A stretch of DNA of 64,000 nucleotides from Sphagnum compactum (taxonomy: Eukaryota). The notes under the pieces are model-generated. The model saw only the letters and a program-made list of their open reading frames with translations. It ran no database searches and was not told where the DNA came from. Made by a program: the position numbers and the translations under genes. This document shows positions 24,001 through 35,926 of this stretch, piece after piece (positions within the stretch are counted from its first letter, which is position 1; every line of letters begins with the position of its first letter). Where the stretch lies: contig OZ234493.1 in NCBI GenBank assembly GCA_965153455.1, positions 34,648,213 through 34,712,212 of the forward strand, written 5' to 3'.

Positions 24001-25361
24001 GGGTAAGGTTGGCTGCTTCCAAATGAATTGCACAGACCATCATGCTGAGAAGCGGAGGCTGGCTTACTTGGGGATCAACATACAACAAAACACAATCCCC
24101 AGGAATTGCCTTGTTCTTAGATACCTTGTGACCTGGATTTTCTGAGCAAATTTTCAGCAATTGCTTGAGCAACAACCCAACAATGAAGCTGTAATGCGTT
24201 GGGATCTCTCACCTGCGATTCTGATAGTATGTTCGAGCTCCATTTGCCACGAATCCATGCTTTCCTGCAAGTGCCAACAAGTTCTGCACCATGCCTTTTG
24301 CTGTCTCCAACATCTTACTCACAAGTAGACCCCTGCTCAAAAATTCAAAACAAACTTGTTTCCATCAAATGGCGAGGTCATGCGGCATCAGCATAATAAG
24401 CACCTCCAGAGTTTGCTCCTGCAAGAACAAACAGGCTAAAATTGTGCATTTTTCCATTAACAACAACAACAACAATGATGATGCACAATGTCTGCACATG
24501 AAGAACCATATGTGCACACAGAGAACTGAAATTGTACCGGATGATCCAGTAGCTGTCCCAGTAGTACACTTCTCGGAAGCGCTCTCCAGGCACAATGACA
24601 GGATGTTGGAGAGGCAGCAAGGTATGCTGGTTGGGTTCCTCCTTCACACAGTCTGCGACTTGACGGGCAAGAAGTAACCACAGTGAATGAATCTTCAAAG
24701 CCCACCTTCGTGCTTCAGGATTGTACACACCAGGCAGGAAGTCTACAGGCTCTGGAGTGTAATCTTGTGGCCTACAGGCTACGAGATCACTCCCAGGTAT
24801 GCCGAAATTCTCCTCCAGGAAGCGTTGCAATGTATCTGCATCACCATACACATGCTCCAAATCACCACCCACCACACAGGCACACAAGTACACTCTGGAC
24901 TCAAAGACTCGGCTTCCCATATCGCCCATTCTTAGCTATAGACTCCATGCGCAGTTTCCACAACTCAAAGAAAGAAACAAAGAGAGAGAAAGAGAGAGAG
25001 ACACACGCGCGCGCGCGCGCGCGCACGCACACACGCACACACGCATACGCATACAGAGAGGGGTCTGTGACAAGATCTTGACACACAAGGGCTTCACAGA
25101 GAGAACTGAAGAAACCATGCCTGACGAGATTATGCCGCTAGGCAAAGTTCGTGGCAACGAAGCGAATGCCTCCGCTGTAGTGTCCACGGGATACTTCAGC
25201 GGCAAGTCCACGTAGTACTTGGGATCGAAATCTGGGCCTCCTCCCAAGGACGCAAGCGACGCTGCTTGGATGGCAATCAGCAGTTGGAGAAGCTGTATGC
25301 CAGGAGGTGATGACGACCCATTGAAAGCCTCCAGGACACGAGTCTCTGGAAGCTGACCCAT
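21069..25361 (-). CDS. TRE1: Trehalase (GH37), 12 exons, 586 aa
   Basis: Exons 25361-25121, 24835-24538, 24332-24213, 24062-23947, 23791-23691, 23550-23444, 23307-23235, 23006-22818, 22691-22604, 22380-22281, 21641-21428 and 21182-21069 total 1761 nt with consistent phases. Trehalase signatures: DPKYYVDL, PGERFREVYYWDSY, NGARTYYQNRSQPPLL, PRPES, AAESGWDFSSRW, PVDLNAFL, QQWDFPNAWAPLQ, EKY...GGGGEYNTQTGFGWTNGV. Intron 1 is GC-AG. Confidence 0.95.
21963..22050. repeat. Near-perfect ~88 nt hairpin in trehalase intron 10
   Basis: tcttatgcctactccttaagagtgggaggga pairs with tcccacctactcttaaggagtaggcaaaga. The inner ttatgccc/gggtgtaa also pairs. Confidence 0.75.
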
Positions 25362-25411
25362 CCGGGGGTTCCCAGTTGGCACCCACCTCAGGCTCCCTCT
25401 GCGTGCAGTCC

Positions 25412-25474
25412 TTAGCAGCAGTAATCGGTCCTCGCAACTCGGTCGAGCTTCCCGTCTGACTGTCTTGCTCTCAT
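25412..25474 (-). promoter_or_regulatory. Upstream ORF (MRARQSDGKLDRVARTDYCC*) in the trehalase leader
   Basis: ATG at 25474, TAA at 25414-25412. Out of frame with the main ATG at 25361 and ends 50 nt before it. Lies downstream of the (GA)n tract typical of 5'UTRs. Confidence 0.5.
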
Positions 25475-25498
25475 GACCTCTGTCTGCCTGTCTGTAAG

Positions 25499-25548
<50 letters not shown>

Positions 25549-25715
25549 GGGTCTATTTTCGAATCCCGAATTTGTGGCGATCTGATTTGAAGGGTGAGTC
25601 TAGCTGCCTACTACTGATCGTCGTTCTCGGGAATTCTTCAGTTCTTGAAGCGACAAATGCGTTGGATCACCGCCCACTACTTCCATACATCAAATCTCGA
25701 TCCCACGAAGGAAAC

Positions 25716-25757
<42 letters not shown>

Positions 25758-26391
25758 AAAGGGGGAAAAAATCAGAAGAAAAAATAACACAAACAGTTCG
25801 CCCTAGAATTTTCATCTGGTTTTTCATCTCAAGGAGCATCTGAATTGAGCTCAGACAACAGCAAGCTCTCGACTTGGTAAGATCCCGATGTAAAATGCAG
25901 TTTGGTGAGTCTCGAATCCCCTTGTCCTCCTCCGAGTGTTCTTAATCATCATTGAAGTCGGAGCATGATTGGAAGTCTTGTTGCATTTGGCCGGTTTGCT
26001 CAACGTACAAGAATCTGGCGGGATTTTGAGCTTGACACGAGGCTCGTTGCCCCCGATTCGCACGTAATATTGCGGGATTTGCGTAGATCGCTTAGTCAAT
26101 TGTACTTCGTTCGCCGTTTCGCCAGCCCCAACTTGGCTTCTTAGAACGGGCCGCGTGCAGGCGAGGTTTGATTGCCGGCAAGGACGACACAGGACACCTT
26201 ATTACGTAAACTCCTGACCTAATTTTTCCTTTGTATTCCTTGGAGGCTACCTTATAATTTACATTTTATACTGAAAAATACCCGAAATCACTTTTTTTTT
26301 TTTAATTTCTAATTTAGCTTCCCAGTGATATATCGCCAATAAAAAAACTTCCAAAAAAGGCTGCGTACACGTCAGAGAGGGGGGCATTTCG

Positions 26392-26499
26392 TGTAGGAGA
26401 AGGGTCTGAAAATAGACCCTTTCAGATTTGAGATCCCGGCCCGGCAGAGGGAACGGGTCGAAAATCCGAAAGGGTCTATTTTCAGACCCTTCCCCTACG
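26392..26499. repeat. Hairpin/MITE with GTAGGAGAA-type termini; related element at 49111-49314
   Basis: gtaggagaagggtctgaaaatagaccctttcagattt ... aaatccgaaagggtctattttcagacccttcccctac. Each arm is itself palindromic (agggtct...agaccct). Confidence 0.7.
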
Positions 26500-29393
26500 T
26501 AAAGACCAGGGGTGAGTTTTCTTTCCGCTTCCCTGTGTATATAAAGACAAAAACTGATAAAATGTGAAAAACGATGCAAATATGCAAAAGACAGATTACT
26601 GAATTTGAAAACTGGGCCTTCCACCTTTCGCCAGGTACAGTTTTTATGCCATGCAATAATGCCCTTGGGGGCAGGCTTTATTGGATTTTGGCCTTGCCTT
26701 CAACTCTGTTTCACAGGGCCCTTCTTCCAGTAAAGCTTGCCCGCCCCCTCGAGCCTTTTACCTTGCACGCAAAGACAAGTGTTGTTTAGTTCTTGATTTC
26801 AAAAGGAATCTTCGATCTTTGGTTTTTAACTTTTTCTTTTTTTTTCTTTTTTTTGTTTTTGTTTTAAAAATGAAACTTTCGATATGGTTTTGAGAATGAT
26901 TTTTTGAATTTTGAGTTTTTAAATTTGCTCATTTTTGGAAAGAATTTAAAACCAATTTAATTTAAGATCATGTTCAATTTCATCTCGATTATACACAACC
27001 AAAATAAATTAAAATATTATGATATTACTTTGTTCACTTAGAGCACACAATTCAAAATAAAGATTTATAATATTAAATATGTGCAACTACTTAAATTTAG
27101 TAACTTGCTTAAGATGTAAGGTCAAGATTATATGTTTTTCTTCTAAAGTTTTACTTGATTATTTAGAGATTCTGAATTTGTTTAAAATGAGATAGCACTC
27201 TTGACTCAATTCAAGTTCTAAGTCAATTTTGAAAAGAGGTCAATTATTTAGTTAGATTTCAATAGTGATGCCAACAAGACTCAAAACCTCTATATTGGAG
27301 ACCCTAGAACTTGTCCTATAGCCTCAACCTCCTTAAATTCGAGAACCTACCAACACTATATCAACCAGCCAAAATTTTACCATTGCATTTGGACAACACA
27401 TTCTAAAACAAAAATTGAACTCCAAGAGATGCTACAGCCTTCCATTTTCAAGAACAACCCTTGTGCTATAGGGAGATATAGGGAGGTATCTCCTATTTTT
27501 TCCACAAGGATTTATTTTTTAACCTTGTAGATGATTCAACTTGCGATTTCTTCAATGATCCCATCAGTTCAAAAATTCCAAGAAGTCTTTATGTTTGGTA
27601 AGGCCCTCGAGATCAAGGGTATTATCAAAAGTGGGGTTCACACACAACTCTTGTCTTGTGTGGGCCCTTCTTTTGGCAAGGCCCTCCACCTTGGGCCTTA
27701 CCCTCCTTGAAATACATACCTATTTTGTCTGTTGCATATTTTGGGGTGCCAAGGCTTACATATGGTTTTAGACACAACTTTTATGCAAGTGTAAGTAGCA
27801 AACTTATTTACATTCTTTGTACATGTAATAGTTGTCGTTCACATTTGTGTAAATGTAAATGCCTAATCTCGAATGTGTAAGTGTACAATCATGTAAATCT
27901 ATTTTAAATTGTGTAAAATATGTAAATGTTAAATAATTTTCATTTACTCACCATGTAAATCCATGCAATTCTTTTGAAACAACCTCCAATATTTTGATGG
28001 ATGGTTAAGAAAATAGAATAAAGAACTAGCTCCTATTCCAAGTACCCATTGTTGCTTCTATTAATTAGTAATGTGGTTCACCCAAAGAATATTTTTCAAT
28101 TTTTCAAGAGCCACTTTGATTCATCCACATTTTTTTGGAAACATTGGACACTCCCCAAAACAAAAAGCATAGAGATGTTTCCATTTAACCTTCCTTTATA
28201 GTTTATAACCATATACAAAAGTTCAACTTTGGGCAAGACATATGGGACGAAGTGTGGTGCAATTAGAGAACACCTATAGAAACACATTGGGAACTTGATG
28301 GGAACATAGTGAGACATATGGGGAAAGCAAAAACTCCCCTACCACCAAACCCAAAAGAAAAGAGATTGGGTCTTCCAAGGTGCATGTTGAGCCTTCTCAT
28401 TGACCACATGAAAATTATGGTCCTAAAATTATGTTTCACCATTTTTGGTTTGGGCTAATAATACCCATACCTAACAAAATGGGTAGCTATTGGCTTGTCT
28501 AGTTTTCTTCTTTTTTTCCCATGATACTTGTTGAGTAGGGTAAATAGGCTAGTCATAGTACACTTAAAAATTCAGAGGAAATTTGTGATCTCTTTCGGCA
28601 ATGCCTTCGAGGTCTGAAGATGGATTGTAGAGGAGCTTTGGGTGCACATGCTGCCCTTTAGAGCACTGGATTTGGACAAGGGATGCAAAAGTCATGGCTT
28701 CCAAAGGTCTTGGCCTCATTGCTTAAAAAAAGCTTTGACCAAACAACTTTTGCCCTTATCAGCAAACAATCTAACATCTATTAACGCACATATCATGCCT
28801 GACACATGTACAACATCCAAGATATCACCAAACAATCTCCTACTCAAATGTACACCCTCCATTGGATATAACGAACATGTTTATTCAACGGTCAAGATTA
28901 AAACCTCAAAATTGACAAAAACATGTTTGGTGATCAACGCCTTAATGTGTAGTTAAACCCTAATTTATAAACACTTCCAACGCGACACTGCTCCAAAACC
29001 CACCACCCCAACACCTAGTTTGTTTGCACTCCTCCCATCCATTTTGAATCCCTCTTGCTCGTGGCCCTTTTGTTGTTACTAAGAGTTTTATTCATTGTGT
29101 AGATTTTTGTGATAGTTTTCATGGTGTTCATCGTGCTTTCAAGGCATTCTCCTAAGGTACAAGTAGTTGCAACTTCCCAGCTTTTCTCCTAGATGCTTAG
29201 TAACACCAAGTTGTTTGTGGGGTGTAGGTGTTAGAGTGGCCCAAAAGGGTGCATGTGTTTGTCACGCATGATCCTCTCTTGATCTTCGTGCATGTGTTTT
29301 TTGCACTTTTTTCTTGCTACTTTAAAGGTATGTATGTGTTGAACTTACTTTTCTTAGTGTTGTTCTAAGAACAACACTAAGATTGTTCTTGAT

Positions 29394-29992
29394 TCTCCTT
29401 TTGAACTTTGAACTCAATCAGTTGTCGTTATTCTTGAGCTTGGAACTTGATCAGTTGTGACTCCTCTTGAACTTCGAACTTGAATTCTTATTGTCACTCC
29501 TTTTGAACTTCAAACTTCAGCTGCTGCTCCTCTTGAGCTTGGATCTTGATTAACTATTGTCCTCTTGCACTTGGATGTTGATTAATTGTTGCTCCTCTTG
29601 AGCTTGGATGTTGATCAGCTATTGTTCTTCTTGGGCTTTGAACTTGAGTTCTTATTGCCACTACTTTTGAACTTTAAACCTCAACTATTGTTCCTTTTGA
29701 ACTTGGAAGTTGATTAGTTGTTGCTCTTCTTGAACTTGGATGTTGATTAAGTGTTACTCTTCTTGAGCTTGGAACTTGATTAATTGCCACTTCTTTTCAA
29801 CTTGGAACCTAATCAAATGTTGCATCTCTTGAACTTGGAACTTGATCACCTATTGCTCCTCTTGAATTTTGAACCTCAACTTTTGATCTTTGAACTTGGA
29901 ACTTGATTATCTAACATTCCTTTTGAATTTTGAACCTAATCAATTGTCGTTCTTTTTAAACCTGGAACCTGATCACCTATTACTCGTCTTGA
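29394..29992 (+). repeat. Minisatellite of ~18 units of 30/33/36 bp (consensus ctcctcttgaacttggaacttgatcagctgttg)
   Basis: Units read directly. Lengths are mostly multiples of three. Confidence 0.9.
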
Positions 29993-32900
29993 TATTCAAT
30001 TCTAAATTGCAACTTTGGTGTTTTTAATGATCTAGCTTTCACATTGTTGCGAAGAATATACACACCTTCACTACTATTATTCTTTCCCTCTCTCCCAACC
30101 CCCTATTGTTTTTTTTCATCATTGTCTATTTCCTTGAACAACAAACCTCACTCCTTTCCCCACTTTTTTAGTTTCAATTATTTATTCGAGTGTGTTGCAG
30201 GGATGCTGCAAATGCGCCTTTGTTTGTTGCATTTGAGCACTAGTGCACTGTTGGGCCTAATTCTTGGCATTTGTTGTGTTTCACTTAAATTGACACCCAT
30301 ATATCCATCAGGGTGAGCTTTTATCCCTTCTTTGAAATTGAGGTGAAATTTATCCATTACTTCTCTGACTATTGTGGATGACCAAATTAAGACGAAACTT
30401 GTTTAATGTTGTTTTGCAAGTACCTTTTCAGTTGTTCTTGCAGCTATGGTCACTATTGTAAGAAATTTTTTAGCTGACTTTTCTTGCCTTCCTTTTTTTC
30501 GATTTTCGTGTATTTAATCTATTGCTTCCTTATCCATTATTTTTTGTCGTATAACTTTTAGATATTCTTTTGAAGTCACAACATGGCTCTACGAATAATC
30601 GACTAAAGGTTCTTGTCCATGGGTCCTTCTTGTAAGGAATTGTGACAATGATAACAAACTCTTCCTTGTCAATGATTCTTGAGTTGAGCGCTTTGGGTTT
30701 CTGAGTATTGTTTCCACATCCAATGAACCATATGCCAAATGTTGTTGCAAATTCATGGTTATTGATTACTGAAGGCCTAAACATATTTACATAATACCTA
30801 GGCTGATTTTAATGAAGGATTTGAAGCTACTATCACTACTTGGAAGTTCTGACATGTTGATAAATGTTGCAATGTTATTTGATTTCCTGATTTATAACAT
30901 AGCCTTGTGTTTTTTTTATTGTGATGATGTTATTTTGGCGGGAATGGGGTGCACAAAATTGAGGGGAAATTAGAAGTTATTCCCTATTTAATGTATTGAT
31001 TTGAATATTCACTAGATTCTAGTGATGTTTTTATCCTTGTTGTGTGCTATTTAACATGACCTACACACCCCATCACCAAAGTAGTGTTTTGGATTTCCAA
31101 ACTTTGATTTTTGTAAAGGTGTTCCAATTCTTTATCTCAACCAAACATTAATAATAAATCTTGTTCTGCCCCTCGTGTATTGATGTTATGTTTTTGCAAT
31201 TTTAGTGTTCAATCTGATGGCCAACACCAAATTATCTTTTCCATCCCAAACATTGGGTCCTTATAAAACTAGTCTAGTTTTCTCCTTTTGCCAAACATTA
31301 TTAATACCCCCCATGTTCCTCCCTTGCAATTGAAGTTTAGCTAACCACCCATCACCAAACATTATTACACCCAAAAAAACTCAATAAATTATGTAAATAT
31401 GTGCGATTAAAGCCCTATGACTAAACCATGAAATTTATGGCTGGTCAGAATGGTGAAAAATATTAAACACCAATGTCTATCACCAATCGTTTAGTAATAA
31501 GCTAAAGTGACAACGTCCATAAGGATTTTTTTATATCCAACATAGGCCAACTCCTGCACTATATGGGTGCTCAGTAATAGGCCTGTGTTTAGTGATGGGT
31601 GTGTTTACCCTATATCACAAGGAAAAAACTTGGATTTTTTTGTGATGCTTTACATCAGGTAATGCCCTCAAAACTCCATCTTGAGTGAGCATTTATTTCA
31701 AGAACACCTCCGTCTTTGACTGTTACTCTACTCTTTCTTTGTCCACAATATGTTGTCCGCCCCCCCCCAAAAATTCTCCAAACACAGAAACAAAACAAAC
31801 CCAATAAGAAGCAACCAAAGCAACCATGGTCAATCAAAGCAAGCCAAAACAAAAAAAAAAACCAAAGGGATGATGATGGAGGCATAAAACAAACATATGG
31901 GTAAGACTTTTTAAAAAACCAACAGGGGGAAGAAGAAGCGACAAGAGAATAGGTGGGAAAAAAACATAAATATAGTGGGGTAAGGTACATACTACGTATA
32001 TTTACTACTACTCTAGTACTTTACCTCTAGCACTTTACCTCTAGCCAAAGGGGACCATCTCTTAACCCAAATTAAAATTATTTTAATAAATCCTTGGGGA
32101 TGAACTTCCAAGCCATGAAAGCCTTGGGTAATGAGTTATGACAATTTTTAAAAATAAAATGCAAGTGGGTTGGTACCCACCTGGCCAACTAACCCACTCA
32201 GCTCATGGGCATTGGCATGCAGACCTCATCTGAATTCTTGGGATTGCTGCCAATTTTGTAATTTGTAGCAGCAGTGGCGAGCCTCACAAGGCAGATTTCG
32301 ACTTAACTGGCGACAGTTTTGTACAGGACCATTAAATGTGTAGCCTATAGACAGGCCTGTGGCGACAGACTCCCCTCCCATCCCGCCCCCGTCCCCCCAC
32401 CAAACATTAAAACTGGGCGAAATCTGGCGACGCATAAGAGCATTTTCCGCCCGAAATTTGGATCAGTGTTGCCTTTTGGCGATTTTTCGCCAGGAAAAAA
32501 AACACTGCCACCGTCCCCCTTCCTCACACATGCACATGGAAAACGGCGGCTCGGCTACATAAAGGCCGTCTAATAGCCAAAGATCCCCTCTGCATAGGGG
32601 CAGTTGTGTAGGCCAAATGAATATCCACTCCCCTGGGCCCTTAACAACCCAACTTCACTCCCTCGAGCACTAACTTTATTGACTGGAGGGCATATCCAGT
32701 AAGGGTTTTTTTTTTCAATTTTGTCAAGTAGGTAGAACGGTGATCTTCCACAAGAGGAATAAGCCAAATCTGGCTAAACTAAGCATGAAAGTAGGTTTTT
32801 TTTCCAAAATCTCGTTTTGTATTGGCGACCTACATGCATGCAGTTGATTTCTGGCAGTTGCCGTTCAAAATATGACCAATTTTGCACCAAAATATCCCAA

Positions 32901-33030
32901 AAAACCCTTTGTAACATTCTCTCCTGACCCTTTTTCTCTTGGTTGGTCCTTCCTTGGTAGGCAAGGAAAGGATATTGTGTTTAGATTCATTATCGAGTAT
33001 AGTAGCTTAAGGGATTTTGGCCGCTAGGTA

Positions 33031-33371
33031 TCGTAGTACCTTTTCAGGTTCAGCATAAATTAAATTATTTTAAAATTTGTCAAACTTTTTGGATATTAAT
33101 AGTCAGTTATGACGAAAATTAAATACAGTCATGCAACCAACAAAGTTTGATCCTGAACCACTCTGCCTGGATTTTAGAGGGCATGCAGGGGCGTCATACT
33201 GATCACTTAACCACAAAACCACCAAATCTATCTTCTAGAATCATTTGGTTATAATAAATTTAATACAGAGTGCTGAAATTTTCAGAATTCAAATTTTAAT
33301 CGTCGAATTAAGAATTGAAAATTAAACTAATTATTCGGCACAGAGGTGCTGAACCTGAAAAGGTAGTACGG
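33031..33371. mobile_element. Tc1/mariner (Stowaway-like) MITE, 341 bp, TA target duplication
   Basis: TIRs tcgtagtaccttttcaggttcagca and tgctgaacctgaaaaggtagtacgg. TA at 33029-33030 and 33372-33373. The empty site is visible in the homologous segment near 17000. Confidence 0.85.
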
Positions 33372-34282
33372 TAATAGGTCTATTTTTATATGAGGATTTT
33401 GAAATGATATTTTGGCTTGTGTGTTGAAGCTTGAGATTAGTTCTATATCTTCAAGCTTTGCATGATGAAATATTTGATTTTCCATAATTCTTCTTTTGCC
33501 TTAAGATACATTTTAATGTAAATGGCAAGGTCACAGTGTGACACACCCTGTGTTTGGTCGTCATAATGTGAAAATTTGGCACAAAACAAAACACTGATCC
33601 ACCCCCCTCAGCAACTCAACTTTGCTCCCTCGAGCACTCACTTTATTGACCGGCGTGCATGTCTACCTCCCCTGAGCAACCCCACTTTACTCCCTCGAGA
33701 ACAGACTTTATAGGCTGGTGGGCAATAAACAAGCTGTTGGAGGGCCCAAATAGAGGGCTGACTGGTCCAGGAAAAAGGGCGTCAGCCCTCTGGCTAAGCC
33801 TCCACAGCAGTCACTGCTTTGTGGTTGGCCCGGGCTAACTTCTGTGCATGTGCCAGGCCTTATAGTGGAACCCTGAGAAGGGGACGCGGCCCAAAGTTTG
33901 GTGATTTTTCAAATTTACAAAGAACAACCACCCTTACATGGTGCCAACAGGTAACCCCCCTACAGAATTCCCAAAAGGCCATGCATGTGAGGAAGCTAAA
34001 AACCAAAGTTTTGGCTTGGGCCTGGGGGAAAATCATTCATACAAGATTCCTTGGCCTGGGGTCCCTGGACATGTTTTGTACCTTCTCAGTATCTTGTTCT
34101 GAGCTTCAGACCATTTCCACTTGGACCCATAGCTACCTAGGGCTATTGGGACCACATGTTGGGAACGAGCTTATAAATTAATCCTTTTTTTTTGGACATA
34201 AACATATACTACATCCAAAAAGGCCATCCATGAAGACATGATTTATTATGAATTTGGCTTAGGATTGGGGGGGACCAAAATA

Positions 34283-35765
34283 TTCTCTTGTCTTGGAGTC
34301 CTTGGGCATGTCCTAAGTCCCCCAGCCATCATGTCCAAGACCCCAAGTAACCAAGGGTCATTTTGTGTGAGCCCCAAGCCACCATGTCGTAGAGCCCCAG
34401 CTATATGTCCCAACCCCAAGCAACCTAGGATCATTCTATCCTAGGCCCTATGCCACCATATCCTACACCTCGGGCCATCTTGTCTCGGCACCTAGGTAAC
34501 CTAAGGTCCATTCCATTTTGTCATGTGGGCCCATACAATTGTGTTTTTGGCCCCAAACCACTATGTCCTGGCCCTTCGGCAATTGATGATTATTTGTCAT
34601 AGGCCCTGGTCCACTTTGTCTTCGGCCCCAAGCAATCTAAGGTCCCTTTATCATGATCCCTGGGCCACCTTTTCTTGGGCCTAGGCATCCTATTGTCATG
34701 GGCCCAAGGCCACATTGTTTCGACCCCCAAACCACTTCTTGTGATGGGTCTCAAGCACAACTAGTGGCAAAGATTGAAAGGATTTTTTTAAAAGTTGGGT
34801 TGTGGGCCTAAGAGAGAGGGCCTAGGGGTGGATTTTTTTAAGTTCTAAGAAATTGAGGTTGCTACTTCCTTTTCTCCAAAAAGTTCAAAAATCACATGTG
34901 ATTGAATGAATTTTGTAAAACTACATTTTATAAGTATAACAAAAATGCATAATGCCCCATGGAGTGAGACATTTACTTTTAGAACCTCATAATTTCCAAG
35001 GTGTTATTTAGTAAAAAAACAATGCAACTTTAAAATATCTATATGTAGAGAATTTGAACACTTTTTGATATGTTGCTTTGGCCTCAAGTTATTAATAAAA
35101 CAACGATTTTTCAAAGGGCAAGGATTTCCTGTTAAAGTTGTTTAGGCCAAGAAGCTGGAACCAAATCTTCACAATTTTCATTGTTATCATTAAAAAAAAA
35201 TTAAAGAACAGGAAAATAACAATGGGACAAAAATGGAGAGAGATGAAATGAAGGAGAAGAAAATAGGGGAGATACCAACTAAATTATTATTTCATTTAAT
35301 AAGCTTTCCAAGGACTAGTTCTTTCAATCTTATTTCATTTTAACATAGAATTTCATTTTATTGCGAGGTGTATACATGAAGCCTAGGACAACTAGGACAA
35401 GTAGCTTGGGACCCCAAACGACTTGAGCCCTAGGACAACCAACGGCTAGAGACCCATGACCAGAACTGGCTTGGGGGCCAAGGTAATGTGGCTTTGGGCC
35501 CATGACAACAGTTGACCCTAGGATGCATAGACCCGAGAAAGGGTGCCCAAAGGGCTATGATAAAGAGACGTTAGGCTGCTTGGGGCCTAAGACAAGGTGG
35601 CCCAAGGGCTAGGATAGAATGATCCTAAACTGCCCGGGATTAGGACATAACAGCCTAAGGTCTAGGACATGGTGGCTTGGGGCTCACACAAAACAACCCT
35701 TGGTCTTGTACTGATGGCCTGGGGCCCTACTTAAAACATGCCATGGGACTCCAAGCCAAGAGAAC
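34283..35765. mobile_element. Foldback/Mutator-like element with ~400-470 bp internally repetitive inverted arms and an AT-rich centre
   Basis: ccaagggtcattttgtgtgagccccaagccaccatgtc...taggatcattctatcctag (34350-34444) matches the reverse complement of ~35609-35704. ttctcttgtcttggagtcc matches the reverse complement of the right end. No clear TSD. Confidence 0.6.
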
Positions 35766-35926
35766 TGAATCCTAGCATGCTTGTTAGCTTCTTTAAACTA
35801 CCAATGCTTATCCATAGCGCACTCCTTTGCAATACCCACTTTCCACATTGAAGGTCAAGCAAGCCTTGTCTAAGAACTTCATTGCTAGTAGAGATCCCAT
35901 TGAGGTGTTGACAAGAAGGTTCAAAC

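Noticed and set aside
16774-33546. Giant Pack-MULE-like transposon carrying CAT and trehalase between 300-bp TIRs
   Set aside because: No target-site duplication at the outer ends, and the right arm is itself nested inside another MITE. Kept only as an inverted duplication.
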